Shown here piece after piece: positions 46,827 to 59,083 of a stretch of DNA of 64,000 bases (the first letter of the stretch is position 1; each line of letters begins with the position of its first letter). This DNA comes from Heteronotia binoei. Its lineage: Eukaryota. Where the stretch lies: assembly GCF_032191835.1 (NCBI RefSeq), contig NC_083237.1:17918001-17982000 (forward strand). Direction: 5' to 3'. The notes under the pieces were generated by a model. The model was not told the DNA's origin and did no database searches. It saw only the letters and a list, made by a program, of their open reading frames with translations. A program made the position numbers and the translations under genes.

Positions 46827-47580
46827 ACACCAAACTGGCTCCTTTGAAACTAGCTTCTTGACAAAATGTTGGGACAGCAGGCAGCACGTCAGAGGGGCCA
46901 TTAATCTTGCTGCTGGAGCTGCTAAATAGCATTTTTGATTCCTGGCAAGAGGATATTTCAGAAGGCAAAAAGAAGGCAAGAAGAGGACAAAGGAATGTGC
47001 CATCTAGAATCTGCAAGCGGAGGTCTTCTGGAAGCATTGGCTTGAACTTCTGGTTGCATTTGGCTTGAACTTGGAAACCAAAGGTCTTCTGGACACATGC
47101 GTGTTTTAAAAGAACTGTATACCCCGTATCAAACTGTAGAATGCAATTGTGAAAAATGCAAGAGAGACATTTTCACATCAGCTCAAGTAACCCAAGGGGG
47201 ACTTATCCAATCACATAGGGACAGGTCATCAGGTCAGGCACCTGATGGACCAATTATAACTGTTTTGTATAATTTTGGGCGATGTCATGTTAAGTATAAC
47301 ATTCCTCAAAGAACTGTTGGTGCCTGAGGGTCTTTATCCCTCTGGTCAGTTTTCTTTAATTAATTAATTAAGTGTGGGGGAGTTAATTAACTCCTTTGCA
47401 TATTAGGCCACACACCCCTGATGTAGACAATTAATTGATCAGTTTTCATTTTTTTCACAGGACGCCAAGTGTGCTCTGAATTGGGCAGCGGAGCATGTTT
47501 GGCTCACAGGTTGTGTGCAACAAAACTGAGTGTTGTTGTTGTTGGGCTGATTTTCAGACTAGGCACCAAAGTGGTGCTTC

Positions 47581-47762
47581 CAGGGCCTTTTTTTGTAGCA
47601 GGAACTCCTTTGCATATTAGCCACACACCCCTGATGTAGCCAATCCTCCAAGAGCTTACAGGGCTCTTTGTACAGGGCCTACTGTAAGCTCCGGGAGGAT
47701 TGGCTACATCAGGGAGGCATGGGCTAATATGCAAAGGAGTTCCTGTTACAAAAAAAGCCCTG
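47581..47762. mobile_element. Palindromic hAT MITE (CAGGGCTTTTT family)
   Basis: 8-bp TSD GGTGCTTC. Confidence 0.85.
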
Positions 47763-48889
47763 GGTGCTTCACTTGCTCACCAACATCACAACTCTTCAGT
47801 CCCATCCAAAGTAGGTTAGAACCTGGGTACAGCAGTATAGGACCAGTTCTGCACAGACTAGAACCCACCAAGGTGAACACAAGCTGCCATGTTCTGTGGC
47901 CTGCCACATGTATCGCATATAGACCGCTTCCACTTTTACCAGTCAATAGTTTTATGGAGGCTTCATTGGGGCATCATAGATGGCCAATAGCGCATATTGA
48001 GTTCAGTGGCCCACAAATTGTGCTCTGTTTGCGTAGTTGTCACAGTACCAGGCTCCTAGAGAAATGGGCATTCTTGATGGCTTCTCAGCCTCAATTATCC
48101 TTCTGTCAAATGGGAAAGCAGGGCGGGGCTTGTTGCTTGTGGGCTTGTAAAAGCATGTGCATAAAGCACAACTCAAGTTGACCTGAAAAAACCGTACATG
48201 TGTCAGGCTAAAACCGTATTCACACATTTTTTGTAGCCACAAGTTGTGTCTGAGTACATAACGAACTAGCATTCTGAGGCTGTAGAAAAGAGCAAGCGCC
48301 CAGTCATACCTTAAAGACAAGCAACATCTATGGCAGGGACTGAACTTTCATGAGTCACTGCTCAGTTCTTCCCCCTCTCTCCCCCATCCCACCCAACACC
48401 GTCATCATACTAACTTCTTGAGAGCCCTTGGGTGGGAAGACATTCTAAGGATATGCTACATAAGTAAAAACTCGCCCAATGTTCTTCTTTCTCAGCATAC
48501 AGATAGGACAAAGGGAACATTAACTCATAAAAGTTCATACCCTGAACATCTTGTTGGTCTCTACTGTGCTCAACTCTAGATGTGCTACTGCAGTTCAACA
48601 GACGTTGTCTGACAAAGTGTGCACACACACAAAAGCTCACACCCAAAATAAAACTTTGTCTTTCTTAAAGGTGCCACTGGATTCTCACTTTGTTCTGTGG
48701 CTTCAGACCAACATGGCTGCCCACCTGAATGACCCTTACCATGCAGATCAGGAGAATAGCTCTACAGATGTCTTTTGCAAGTTCAATAGTATACATATGG
48801 AAATGGACAGAACAGCCATTTTGAAGACAGGAGATTTGCCCACCTATCCAACTCCTTTGGCTGCCACGTGGGAGATGGTGGAAATGCTT

Positions 48890-49332
48890 AGAAGAAGAAG
48901 ACTGTAGATTTATACCCCGCTCTTCACTCGGTAAAATGAGTACCCAGCTTGCTGGGGGGAAAGTGTGGATGACTGGGGAAGGCAATGGCAAACCACCCCG
49001 TAAAAAGTCTGCCATGAAAACGTTGTGAAAGCAACGTCACCTCAGAGTCGGAAATGACTGGTGCTTGCACAGGGGACTTTTCCTTTCCTTCACTCTGAAT
49101 CAGAATCTCAGAGCAGCTTACAATCTCTTCTATCTTCTTTCCCCACAACAGACACCCTGTGAGGTGAGTGGGACTGAGAGGGCTCTCCCAGAAGCTGCCC
49201 TTTCAAGGACAACCTCTGCAAGAGCTATGGCTGACTCAAGGCCATTCCAGCAGCTGCAAGTGGAGGAGTGAGGAATCAAACCCGTTTCTCCCAGATAAGA
49301 GTCCACGCACTTAACCACTACACCAAACTGGC
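48890..49332 (-). mobile_element. Squam3-like SINE with a nested 5'-truncated Sauria SINE (+, about 48931-49089)
   Basis: TSD ttcactc flanks the Sauria piece. Confidence 0.78.
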
Positions 49333-49508
49333 ATAATTACCTTTTATTGGTTATGTGTTTCAGTTTAAAAAGGTGATGTGGTGACGTTTGCATAGATCAT
49401 AAGTGACCATACCTTTCCTGCAATGGCTTGTTTGGACCTAAATAATACAACATTATCCCTTCTTGGGTCTGTATTTATTACTACGACATTTTTTAAAATA
49501 TAGCTCAC

Positions 49509-49813
49509 AGCGGCCCCGTGGCACAGTGGTAAAGCAGCAGTACTGCAGTACTGTGGTCTGAACTCTCTGTTCACGATCTGAGTTCGATTCCGGCGGAAGC
49601 TGGATTCAGGTTGCCGGCCCAAGGTTGACTCAGCCTTCCATCCTTCCGAGGTCGGTCAAATGAGTACCCGGCTTGCTGGGGGGAAAGTGTAAAAAGACCG
49701 GGGAAGGCAACGGCAAACCACCCCGTAAAAAAGTCTGCCGTGAAAACGTTGTGAAAGCAACGTTACCCCAGAGTCGGAAACGACTGGTGCTTGCACAGGG
49801 GACTTTTCCTTTC
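49509..49813 (+). mobile_element. Sauria SINE, full length
   Basis: gcggccccgtggcacagtggtaaagc head to acttttcctttcc tail. Confidence 0.85.
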
Positions 49814-49947
49814 CATAAGATAGATTGGAAGAGGAAAGACCTCCTTCTCATGACAGGTTATTACCAATATTTTTCATCATTACGAGCGTGTGGATTCTAG
49901 AGTGTAGACAGTTGCGTGAATACAGAAGATGCGGTTCAAGAGACTTG

Positions 49948-50214
49948 GACCGATTTCACACTAGGGCTTGTTCCGGGTGGAAAGCCTTTTTGCTCCCAGG
50001 GCTTTCTCTCCGTTTTCACACAAGTTGCCCCAGAGCTGCAAGTTGATGCACCGCTATTCCGCAGCAAGTGAGATCCTCTGACAAGCAGTTTCTGCTTGCT
50101 ATGGAAAAGTGGTACATCAACTTGCAGCTCCGCAGCAGCTTATGCGGAAATTGAGAGAAACCCTGGGGGCAAAAGGGCTCTCTACCCGGAACAAGCCCTA
50201 GTGCAAAATCGGTC
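49948..50214. mobile_element. Palindromic MITE (PIF/Harbinger-like, GACCGATTTCACACTA TIR)
   Basis: 3-bp TSD TTG; second copy at 62680-62945 with TSD TGA. Confidence 0.75.
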
Positions 50215-50497
50215 TTGATGATTTTGGCACATTACTATAGAAATGCTACAGCACTGCTATATGATGAATCTAATACACCAATCTAGATAACCTGGGTATC
50301 TTTTCCCTAGTGTATATATTAATTTCTTTCAAGTACTTGAGGAGATATGGTTGATACAATATCGAGCCCTAATATTAATGAATTAAATTGCTACATAATT
50401 ACTTTTCGGATACTTCAATGTTAGCACACAATCCAAGAAAGTAAAAAGAAAAAAAAATCAATACATCGACCTTTATGTCACAGTATTGTTTTTTAAT

Positions 50498-51433
50498 TCA
50501 CTTGTCCCTTCCAACTTTATTTTTCTTTAGCAGTCTGAACATAGCAGCTTTGATCTCCTTGTTCCTCAAGGTGTAGATCATGGGGTTCATCAAAGGAAAG
50601 ACCACAGTGTGGAAAAAGGCCACCACCTTGTCCAATGGGAAGTCTTGGAAAGGGCGGCAATAGATATAGATGGCCGGGCCAAACATAATGAAGACGATGA
50701 TGATGTGGGTGATGCACGTGGATGCGGCTTTGTTCTTCCCTTGGACCGAACCTGTCCTCACTTTGACCAGCAAGGCCCCGTAGAAGATGAGGAGAATGAT
50801 AAAGCATGTGGCGGTGACCAGGCCACTATTGATAAACATGGCAAACTCCAAGGTGTAGGTGTTGGTGCACGCCAACTTGATGATCTGGGTGATGTCACAG
50901 AAGAAGTTGTCCAGTTCGTTTGGACCGCAGAAAGGGAGTGGGATGATGAGAATCATTTGGATCATAGAGTGCATGAAGCCTTCAGCCCATGAGCCAATCA
51001 CTAGCACCCAGCAAACGACTCTGGTCATTGTCGTGGCATAATGCAGTGGGTGGCAAATGGCTACATATCGGTCAACCGCCATGGCAACAAGCAAGCAAAT
51101 CTCAGCTGCACCTAGGAAGTGGATGAAAAAAATTTGCGCCAAGCAGCCTTGATAGGAGATGGTTTTCTGGCGAGTGAAGAGGTTGGCCATCATCTTTGGA
51201 GGGGTGACAATGCTATAGCAGATGTCCATAAAGGCCAGGCTGGACAAGAAGAAAAACATGGGGGACCCTAGGCGGAGGTCACTCCGAATTGTCACAATGA
51301 TAAGGATATTCCCTGGTAGAATGATGACATAGAAGAGTAATAAGAGGGCACAGAGGAACAACTGTAATTCCCAGTTCTTTGCTAATCCTTGGAGAACAAA
51401 CTCTGTCACCACTGTGCGATTCCCACGTTCCAT
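50498..51433 (-). CDS. Olfactory receptor family 4, OR4N/OR4M-like (C1), 311 aa
   Basis: MERGNRT start, [40 protein letters not shown]. Confidence 0.96.
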   Translation of the reverse strand: MERGNRTVVTEFVLQGLAKNWELQLFLCALLLLFYVIILPGNILIIVTIRSDLRLGSPMFFFLSSLAFMDICYSIVTPPKMMANLFTRQKTISYQGCLAQIFFIHFLGAAEICLLVAMAVDRYVAICHPLHYATTMTRVVCWVLVIGSWAEGFMHSMIQMILIIPLPFCGPNELDNFFCDITQIIKLACTNTYTLEFAMFINSGLVTATCFIILLIFYGALLVKVRTGSVQGKNKAASTCITHIIIVFIMFGPAIYIYCRPFQDFPLDKVVAFFHTVVFPLMNPMIYTLRNKEIKAAMFRLLKKNKVGRDK

Positions 51434-51649
51434 CCTTACAATGAATAGCTATGTAGTGGGGTTATTATTGATATGGCTACTATTGTTAATATTATTTACA
51501 GAAACATATATTAGGGAGGGGATACAGAAATAGTGTTTGGGATGTATATCAAAACACAACTAAAACGTTCATGCCTCCTCTTTGCATATACACCTTGTTA
51601 TACTACTGCCATTGAGTAGGTTAGCTATGGATGGTCCAGAAATTTGTTT

Positions 51650-51985
51650 ATTTATTTTATTAAATTTATATCCTGCCCTCCCTTATTGGGCTCAGGGTGG
51701 CTAACAACAGTTGAAATACATAATGTTAAAATAAATTACAGGAAAATCGTTAAAATTCATTGTACACATACAATACATTTGCAGTTTTAATACTAAAATC
51801 CAAGATGGCGTCAGTATTATTAGTTCCTATTTAGAGCTGCATACAGTAATGTTGTCAAAGACTGTTTAGCGCACTATATTTATACTGGGATGGGTTTAGG
51901 TATCAGTGCTGTGATAAAGTGGTCACTTCCCTGTTAGTTGTTAAAAGTTAGTTTAAACGGTTCTGTTTTGCAGGCCTTACAGAAT
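51650..51985 (-). mobile_element. L2-like LINE 3' end
   Basis: Related to 1790-2100. Confidence 0.6.
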
Positions 51986-52192
51986 TGTGGCAAGTGAAAT
52001 GATCTTTCTCCCCAGATTTTTGGAGTTCTGAATTACCTGCTCCAATTTCCAAAACGGGAACCTGTGCCCAACACTGGCTCTTAATTTTTCGTTGCACCCA
52101 GCTTTTCTGGTATGGGAGATGATGGCAGGATGAGTGGTCTCTGGTTCATCTAGGAGGCAAGATGAAGACATAGGTCAGCTGGCTGGTTTTCA

Positions 52193-52421
52193 TTTATTTT
52201 TCTTTAGCAGTCTGAACATAGCAGCTTTGATCTCCTTGTTCCTCAAGGTGTAGATCATGGGGTTCATCAAAGGAAAGACCACAGTGTGGAAAAAGGCCAC
52301 CACCTTGTCCAATGGGAAATCTTGGAAAGGGCGGCAATAGATATAGATGGCCGGACCAAACACAATGATGATGTGTGTGATGCATGTGGATGCGGCTTTG
52401 TTCTTCCCTTGGACTGAACCT
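52193..52421 (-). pseudogene. Partial duplicate of the C1 3' end (TM6-TM7-C-terminus) with a 9-nt in-frame deletion
   Basis: Aligns to 50516-50753 with only a few substitutions. In the OR frame it reads ..[33 protein letters not shown]-stop; no 5' part. Confidence 0.93.
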
Positions 52422-52469
52422 TTGTTCTATCACTTCAGACCAACATGGATGCCCACCTGGATCACTCTC

Positions 52470-53030
52470 CCTTGTCGCCTGTAATCAAATTGTTGCTGGT
52501 GTTTGTCTCTTATTGATTGGCCTTTCTTATGACAAATACTGTTTTGTTCCATCCAGTAAAGCCCACTGCATGCATTCAGGACTGCCTCTCCCCATATGTG
52601 CCCCAGAGAGCACTACGTTTGGATCCCAAAATCTTCTTAAGATCCCCGGACTGAAAGAAGGTCAACTGTCCACCACTAGAGCCAGAGCGTTTTCAACAAT
52701 AGCCCCCGCTCTGTGGAATGCCCTCCCTGAAAACATCAGGGCCCTGCAGGACCTGCCACAGTTTCGCCGGGCCTGCAAGACCAAACTATTTAAACTTGCC
52801 TTCAACGGTTAAGGGGAGGTCGCTAATTCCCCACAGCACTGACAATCTCATTGGACAAATACAGATAATCAGACATGCATCTTGGATTTTTATGGCTGGA
52901 ACATGTATGTTTATTGTATATTCTGGGTTTTTAAAAAAATATTCTATGTGGTTTTGAGCTGTTGTTAGCCACCCTGAGCCCGTTAGGGGAAGGCGGGATA
53001 TAAATTTGATAAAATAAAAATAAATAAAAT
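52470..53030 (+). mobile_element. L2-like LINE 3' fragment
   Basis: TRARAFSTIAPALWNALPENIRALQDLPQFRRACKTKLF. Confidence 0.78.
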
Positions 53031-53311
53031 TTGATAAATTTATTTATTTATATTTAATTCCATTTATATCCCACCCTCCCCGCCGAGGTGGGCTCAGGGC
53101 GGCTTACGTGGTCATGCACATACATGAGTAAACATAATGATAGGGCATAAAAGCCATAAAAACCATAAAACAGTTTAAAAACATAGAATAATTGACATTT
53201 CGGTGCAATGATCTTAAGTTTCAGATTAATGATTCTCTGTAAACTGAACTCTAGTCCACAAAAACTCGTGTGTTAAATAAGTTGCTTCCAACTTACAGTG
53301 ACTCTATGAAT

Positions 53312-53595
53312 CAGGGGTGGACAAACTGTGGCTTGGGAGCCACTTGTGGTCCTTTCATACATATTGTGTGGCTCTTGAAGCCCTCACCATGCTGTTGGCC
53401 AGATTGGAGAAGTCATTTGTCTCTTTAAATCACTTCTCCAAGTCAATGCAGAGAATGCATTTAAAGTTAAATTTGCTTTCTTTCCACCTCCCCATCTATT
53501 CTTTCCCTCTCTCTCTCTCTTCCTGTCTTGTGACTCTCAAACATCTGACGTTTATTCTATGTGGCTCTTATGTTAAGGAAGTTTGGCCACCCCTG
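53312..53595. mobile_element. Non-autonomous hAT element inserted in an RTE fragment
   Basis: 8-bp TSD CTATGAAT; RTE VEGSRKRKRPDVRWIDSIK on the minus strand at about 53600-53740. Confidence 0.82.
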
Positions 53596-54570
53596 CTATG
53601 AATTAATGACCTCCAAACCCCCCCTCTCATTAACAGCCTTGCTCAGGTCTTGCAAACTGAGGGCCACAGCTTGTTTTATGGAGTCAATCCATCTCACGTC
53701 GGGTCGTTTTCTTTTCCTGCTGCCCTCCACTGCTGCCCTCCACAAAAGCTTTTGCCAGACTAAAAGAATTTCAACTGTCACAAGACTTCCTGTTTAATTT
53801 TGCTGCAACAGACTAACATCTCTGGAATTATGTTCAGGGGAAGGGGTTCATGCATATTAACGGCCTTTTTAAATTGCTTCCTCAATTTCACACTAAAGAC
53901 AGAAGACAATGTAGTTGTTTACAAGGTGTTAGAAAACACAGACCAGCCTTGGCATCTAGAGATCATCAGGGTGCAATAAGGGGATTCAATGTCTTTCCTT
54001 TATCAATGGGGCATTTCCCACTTCTGCCTCTGAAGCAGTAGCCAAAGGGAAGGAAGCTGCCCAATCCACACCTCTATGGCTTTCTAATGCCTGAATGGCT
54101 GGAGTAGGAACTGCAGAAGACCAGTGGAAGAAGAAGAGTAGGTTTCTATACCCCGCTCTTCTCTGTTTTCTGCACCCAAGAGTTCACCAGGGAACAGAAA
54201 TGAGTTGCTCTGGAAGGCTGATCTTTGTGAAATATCCTGAGAATTATTCAGATAGATGATTTGATAGATAGTTCAACTTACTCTGGGGCAAACATTTATG
54301 CAAAGCTCTGGCCAGCAGGGAAGAAGAGACTTGTGTGGATCTGTTGAGAAGGTTCTTCTAGCAAAATGTTGAAGGATGGCCAAGGAGATCAGTTGGAGGA
54401 GAGAAGAGGAAAGTCATTCACCACTGTTTCCTTCCAAATGACTGGCTGTTCTTCAAGGGAAAAGAAGGCTTCCAGATCATCATAGCTGTGCTGCTGCAGG
54501 CCCTAGGAGAGCCTGGAGTGAGAAGGTGTATTTAAGGACACACAAACTTCTGGTGTGTTGCTCCTGTCAG

Positions 54571-54595
54571 TCCCCAAGGACCTTATTAAAAAGTT
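54571..54595 (-). promoter_or_regulatory. Composite homeodomain + O/E site upstream of C1
   Basis: Minus strand reads AACTTTTTAATAA-GG-TCCTTGGGGA; same 2-nt spacer; about 3.1 kb upstream of the C1 ATG; GTAAGT donor at 54281-54276. Confidence 0.72.
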
Positions 54596-55989
54596 AGCAC
54601 CAAACTAATATTCCATACCACTTCTGCAAGCAGCACAAGATAGACAATCTCTTTTTGCACTTCTGAGTCCTTCAGGGCACGTTCAGATCTCTGCGAATAG
54701 TGAGCAATATGGATGACTCTCTTTATCATGCCTATTTTGTGAGCCCCTCCAAGTTTCAAAAAGATTGGACCAGGGAGTCCAATTCTAAGAGCCCCAAAAG
54801 AAGGTGCCCCTATCCTTCATTATTTCCAATGGAGAGAAGGCATTTAAAAGGTGTGCAGTCCCTTTAAATGTGATGGCCAGAACTCCCTTCAGAGTTCAGT
54901 TATGCTTATCACAACCTTGCTCCTGACTCCACCCCCAGTGTCTCCTGGCTCCACCCCCAAAGTCCCCAGATATTTCTTGAATTGGACTTGGGAACCCTAC
55001 TTAGGCATGTTGGCTAAGTGGAATCTCCATGTTCAGAGGCAGATATTCTTCTGCAGTTGGTACTGAAAGTCTGAGTAGGACTGTTTGTTAGGCCAGGGAC
55101 TTGGTTTCCAGGCCCCACTCAGTCAGGTGTTCTCTCTTAACCTAACCTACTTTCAGTGGTTGCCATGACAATAAAATGGAGGGAAGCACACCAACCCTAG
55201 GTTCTATCAGGAAAGACAAAGATGATTTTTGTAAAATGGGACACAATGTGCATCTGTTGATTTGGGTTTGTTTGTTTTTTGTGAGGTGAAAGCTGCCGTT
55301 TAGTCCTTCTTGTTTGGAAGTTTACCCCTACTGGCACTTGGGAACAAATTTCTCACAATGGTTAGAAATAAAAATGGCGGGAAGAGAAGGGTAAGCTCTG
55401 GAGAAAAGGCGCTATCAACACAGTGCTTGTATTTCTCTCTGTGTCTGTGCATATTTAGACATTTACTTAGCATACCCGGATAGAAAAATGCTAACAAATG
55501 TTTCAAGAGTGGAACCACTAACATTGACTTCAAAATATTTAATTCAAGTTTACAGTTCTACAAATCTATATTTTCATTTTTTCCCAGTCATCTTAAAATA
55601 GTTTCATTCTTAAAATTTTGGTCAAAATCCATAACCATAAGATATTATAAGGGCCTTAACAATCCATCCCTTCCATACACAGAATAAGTGTTCTGCCTTC
55701 ACACACGTACACCTGAAATTCTCAGTGAGGCTCGATAGCAAGAAGTCTTCCACGGCTGCATTTTCTGGACCTCAAATCACACACAGGATCCCATGGAGTG
55801 CCACTTACATGAGCAGTGCAAAATGGCAGTGCAGGTTTTTCTGCAATTGCAATATTACACCAAATTGAGACCACCTCTGGATCACTTCCAAGCAGAGATG
55901 CCCTCCTTTGGGGTATTAGCCGAGAACAGAATGAATTTCTGTGATGTAGTCTATCCTAGATTTCGAAAGTTTTAGTAGTTTTAAAGAGT

Positions 55990-57590
55990 AAGGGATGGGG
56001 AATAGAAGGGAATAGAACATGGAGTTTATAAGTCAATCATATTCTGCATAAAAGTACTTTCAAAGAAAAGATACAAGTCTGCATCAGCTATTCTTTCTTA
56101 AAATACACAGAGTGTCACATATTATCTCATTACTTCACATCAACCATATTTTAACATTTTATATTATAGATCTTTCTGTTAATACATCTGTTATATTTGA
56201 CATTTCCAATAAAGGCAATCTTGAAATATAAGGTACAGAAAAAGGGAGATATAAGTTCACACCAGAGAAACTTAAGAGTCTTGAGTATCCAACCAAGTAT
56301 CAAATTTCAACCAATATTTTCTTACTTCTTCCTTAGATTTCCCAGCTAATAATTGGGATAAGTAGTCCAGTTCTGCTGTTTCCAGAATTTTTCCCACCAA
56401 GTCCATTCTTGTAGAAGTTTCCATCTCTGTGCCAAAAGAATTCTGGCTGCTGTATTGAAATGTACCAACAAATGTCTCACTTCCTTGGAATAATACTCTG
56501 GAAATATGTTCTGGTTTGAATTGGATCTGAGTCTTCACGGTTTTCTGTAATAGTTCGTGAACCATTACCCAATAGTCCTTCACCCTCTCACATGTTCACC
56601 ACATATGGTAAAAAGAACCCACCAGTTTTGCAGATTTCCAACATTTATTAGACATATTAGGATATATCTTGCATAACTTCTGTGGAGTCATGTATCAAAT
56701 TTTCTTTAAAAGCTACGGACCTGGTTAATTTAATATTGAATTTCCACAATCTCTCCCATTCTTCTAACATAATATTATGACCCAACTTTTTTGCCCATTG
56801 GACCATACAGTCTTTTACGATTTCATCTTGTGTCTTCATCTGTAATAGATATGCATATAATTTAGAAATTAACTTTTCTTGAGGTCCTAAACATTTTTTG
56901 TCAAATGGGTATTGTTCTGCATTAAAACCAATCTTATCTTTACTATACCTAGATTCAACCTGCATTCTCAGCAAACCAATTCATTTTAATGTCCATACTT
57001 TCTAATTCTTCTCTGGTTTTCAGTTGATTATCTTTTCCCAACAGGGCATCATACCTATAACTCTGATTAGGTTTTAAAAGATTTGGATGGGCAAATGCTT
57101 CCACTGGAGATATCCATCTTGGAATTTTCTGGTAGATTCTTGTTTTAACCATGATACAAAGATTTCTGAAACCAATGATTCTTGAAGTTGGAATGACCTT
57201 CAAGTCTTTGGTACCATAAGTATGCATGCCAACCCAGAGTGAGATCATGTCGCTCGAGCAACATTTGCCTCTTGGCGTTCAGTAATATCCAGTCTCTTAC
57301 CCACAAAAGTACAGAACCTTTATAGTACAATTGCCAATCTGGAAGACCCAAACCAGCTCTCAGTTTAGAGTCTTGCAATGTTTTCAGTTTAATTCTTGGT
57401 TTTATGCCTTACCAAATATATTTAGATACCATCTTGTTCAATTGTTAAAGAACCCACTGTTTAAGAATACTGGAATAGTTTGGAATAAAAATAGTAACTT
57501 TGGTAAAACATTCATCTTTATTAAGGCTATTCTGCCCATTAAGGAGAGATTCAGATCATGCCATTTTTCCAAGTCTTACCCCGACGTGCA
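55990..57590 (-). mobile_element. L1-clade LINE ORF2 3' part, frameshifted
   Basis: GLGLPDWQLYY, PRWISPVEA, KDYWVMVHELLQK. Confidence 0.85.
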
Positions 57591-58213
57591 TTGGCTGCCA
57601 GACTATTCTGTCCTATCCCTGAGTCTGCTTTAACTTCACTACAAGGGGTAAGGAAGAAATGTGGACCAGCAGTGACCATGCCTTTGAAGAAGCATCGGTC
57701 TTGCCTCTTTAAAAAGTCTGTCTTTTTTTAGGGCTTCTGATTCTCCATCATTACAGGAATTAAGCAGCAAAACCAGAGAGCCAATGAACAAGTGTTGTGA
57801 ACGGTCTCAGTATTTTTCTTAAGTATGCAAGTCAGTGATATCACAACCTGCATGTCATGGCCTTCTCATCAGACAGCTGGCTCCAATACACAAAAAGCTT
57901 TGACAAGAAGAACAGCTGGTTAGTATTTGAGGTTTATTATGTAAACTGACAGAAATAGCGTCAGGAACATCATTGTTACTGTCAGATTAAGTTGTTTTAA
58001 TTAAGTACCGACTGGTTTTTAAACAATGTTAATTTAAAGTTTTATATTTATTGTACTGTGTCTCTATGCATTGTTGTTAGCCGCCCTGAGCCTGCTTTGC
58101 GGGGGAGGGCGGGATATAAATAAAATTTTATTATTATTATTATTATTATTAAGGTGCAAGGTTGCTATTTCCTACTATACACTAACACAGCTGCTCCTTT
58201 GGAATCCTCTTAT

Positions 58214-58395
58214 CAGGGCTTTTCTTGTAGCAGGAACTCTTTCGCATATTAGGCCACACCCCTCTGATGTACCAAGTCCTCCAAGAGCTTACAGGGCTCT
58301 TCTTACAGGGCCTACTGTAAGCTCCAGGAGGATTGGCTACATCAGGGGTGTGTGGCCTCATATGCAAAGGAGTTCCTGCTATCAAAAAACCCCTG
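58214..58395. mobile_element. Palindromic hAT MITE (CAGGGCTTTTT family)
   Basis: 8-bp TSD CCTCTTAT. Confidence 0.85.
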
Positions 58396-59083
58396 CCTCT
58401 TATTATCACCTCTGTATTCAATACTGTGGGGGTATCTCCACAATCGCATGCAGAATATTCCTAACAAAATGGCTTGTGGGACTGATTGGAAGCATCTACA
58501 TTGCATAGTTTTGCTGTGTGATTCGATTACAAACCATCTTCTTTACAAGGAGTGCTAGGAATAGCCTCCACATTTCCCATGAGTGGAGGATTGCATAAGA
58601 ATAACATTATTAAAGTCAATATGCCTCTAGTCTTTCCCCAGTCTTAAAGACAAGCTTCTAAATTTGCTACAGCTACAGGGCTATTCCACCACACCACTGT
58701 ACAGTCTAGATATCTGTTGGGTTTTGCTTTATCCTCTTGTATATCTTCATTCCTTCAGAATAGGGAGGAAAATCTTACCTTGCCCTAACATTACATAACT
58801 GTCAATTTACTACACAAAGTTTGAGTCCAGTGGCACTTTTAAGATCAACAAAGTTTAATTCTGGGTATAAGTTTTCATGTGCACGAACATGAATGGTTAT
58901 ACCTCTACTTTGTTGGTCTTAAAAGTGCCTCTGGACTCAAACTTTATTCTATTGCATCAGACTAACACAGCTACCTACTTGAATTTACTGCACAGTTACT
59001 TCAGAGTTCCTACAATTATTACTATATGATTTTTTTTTCAAAAAAAAAAGGAATAAACCAATAAGCCAACACTTGCATTGTTT

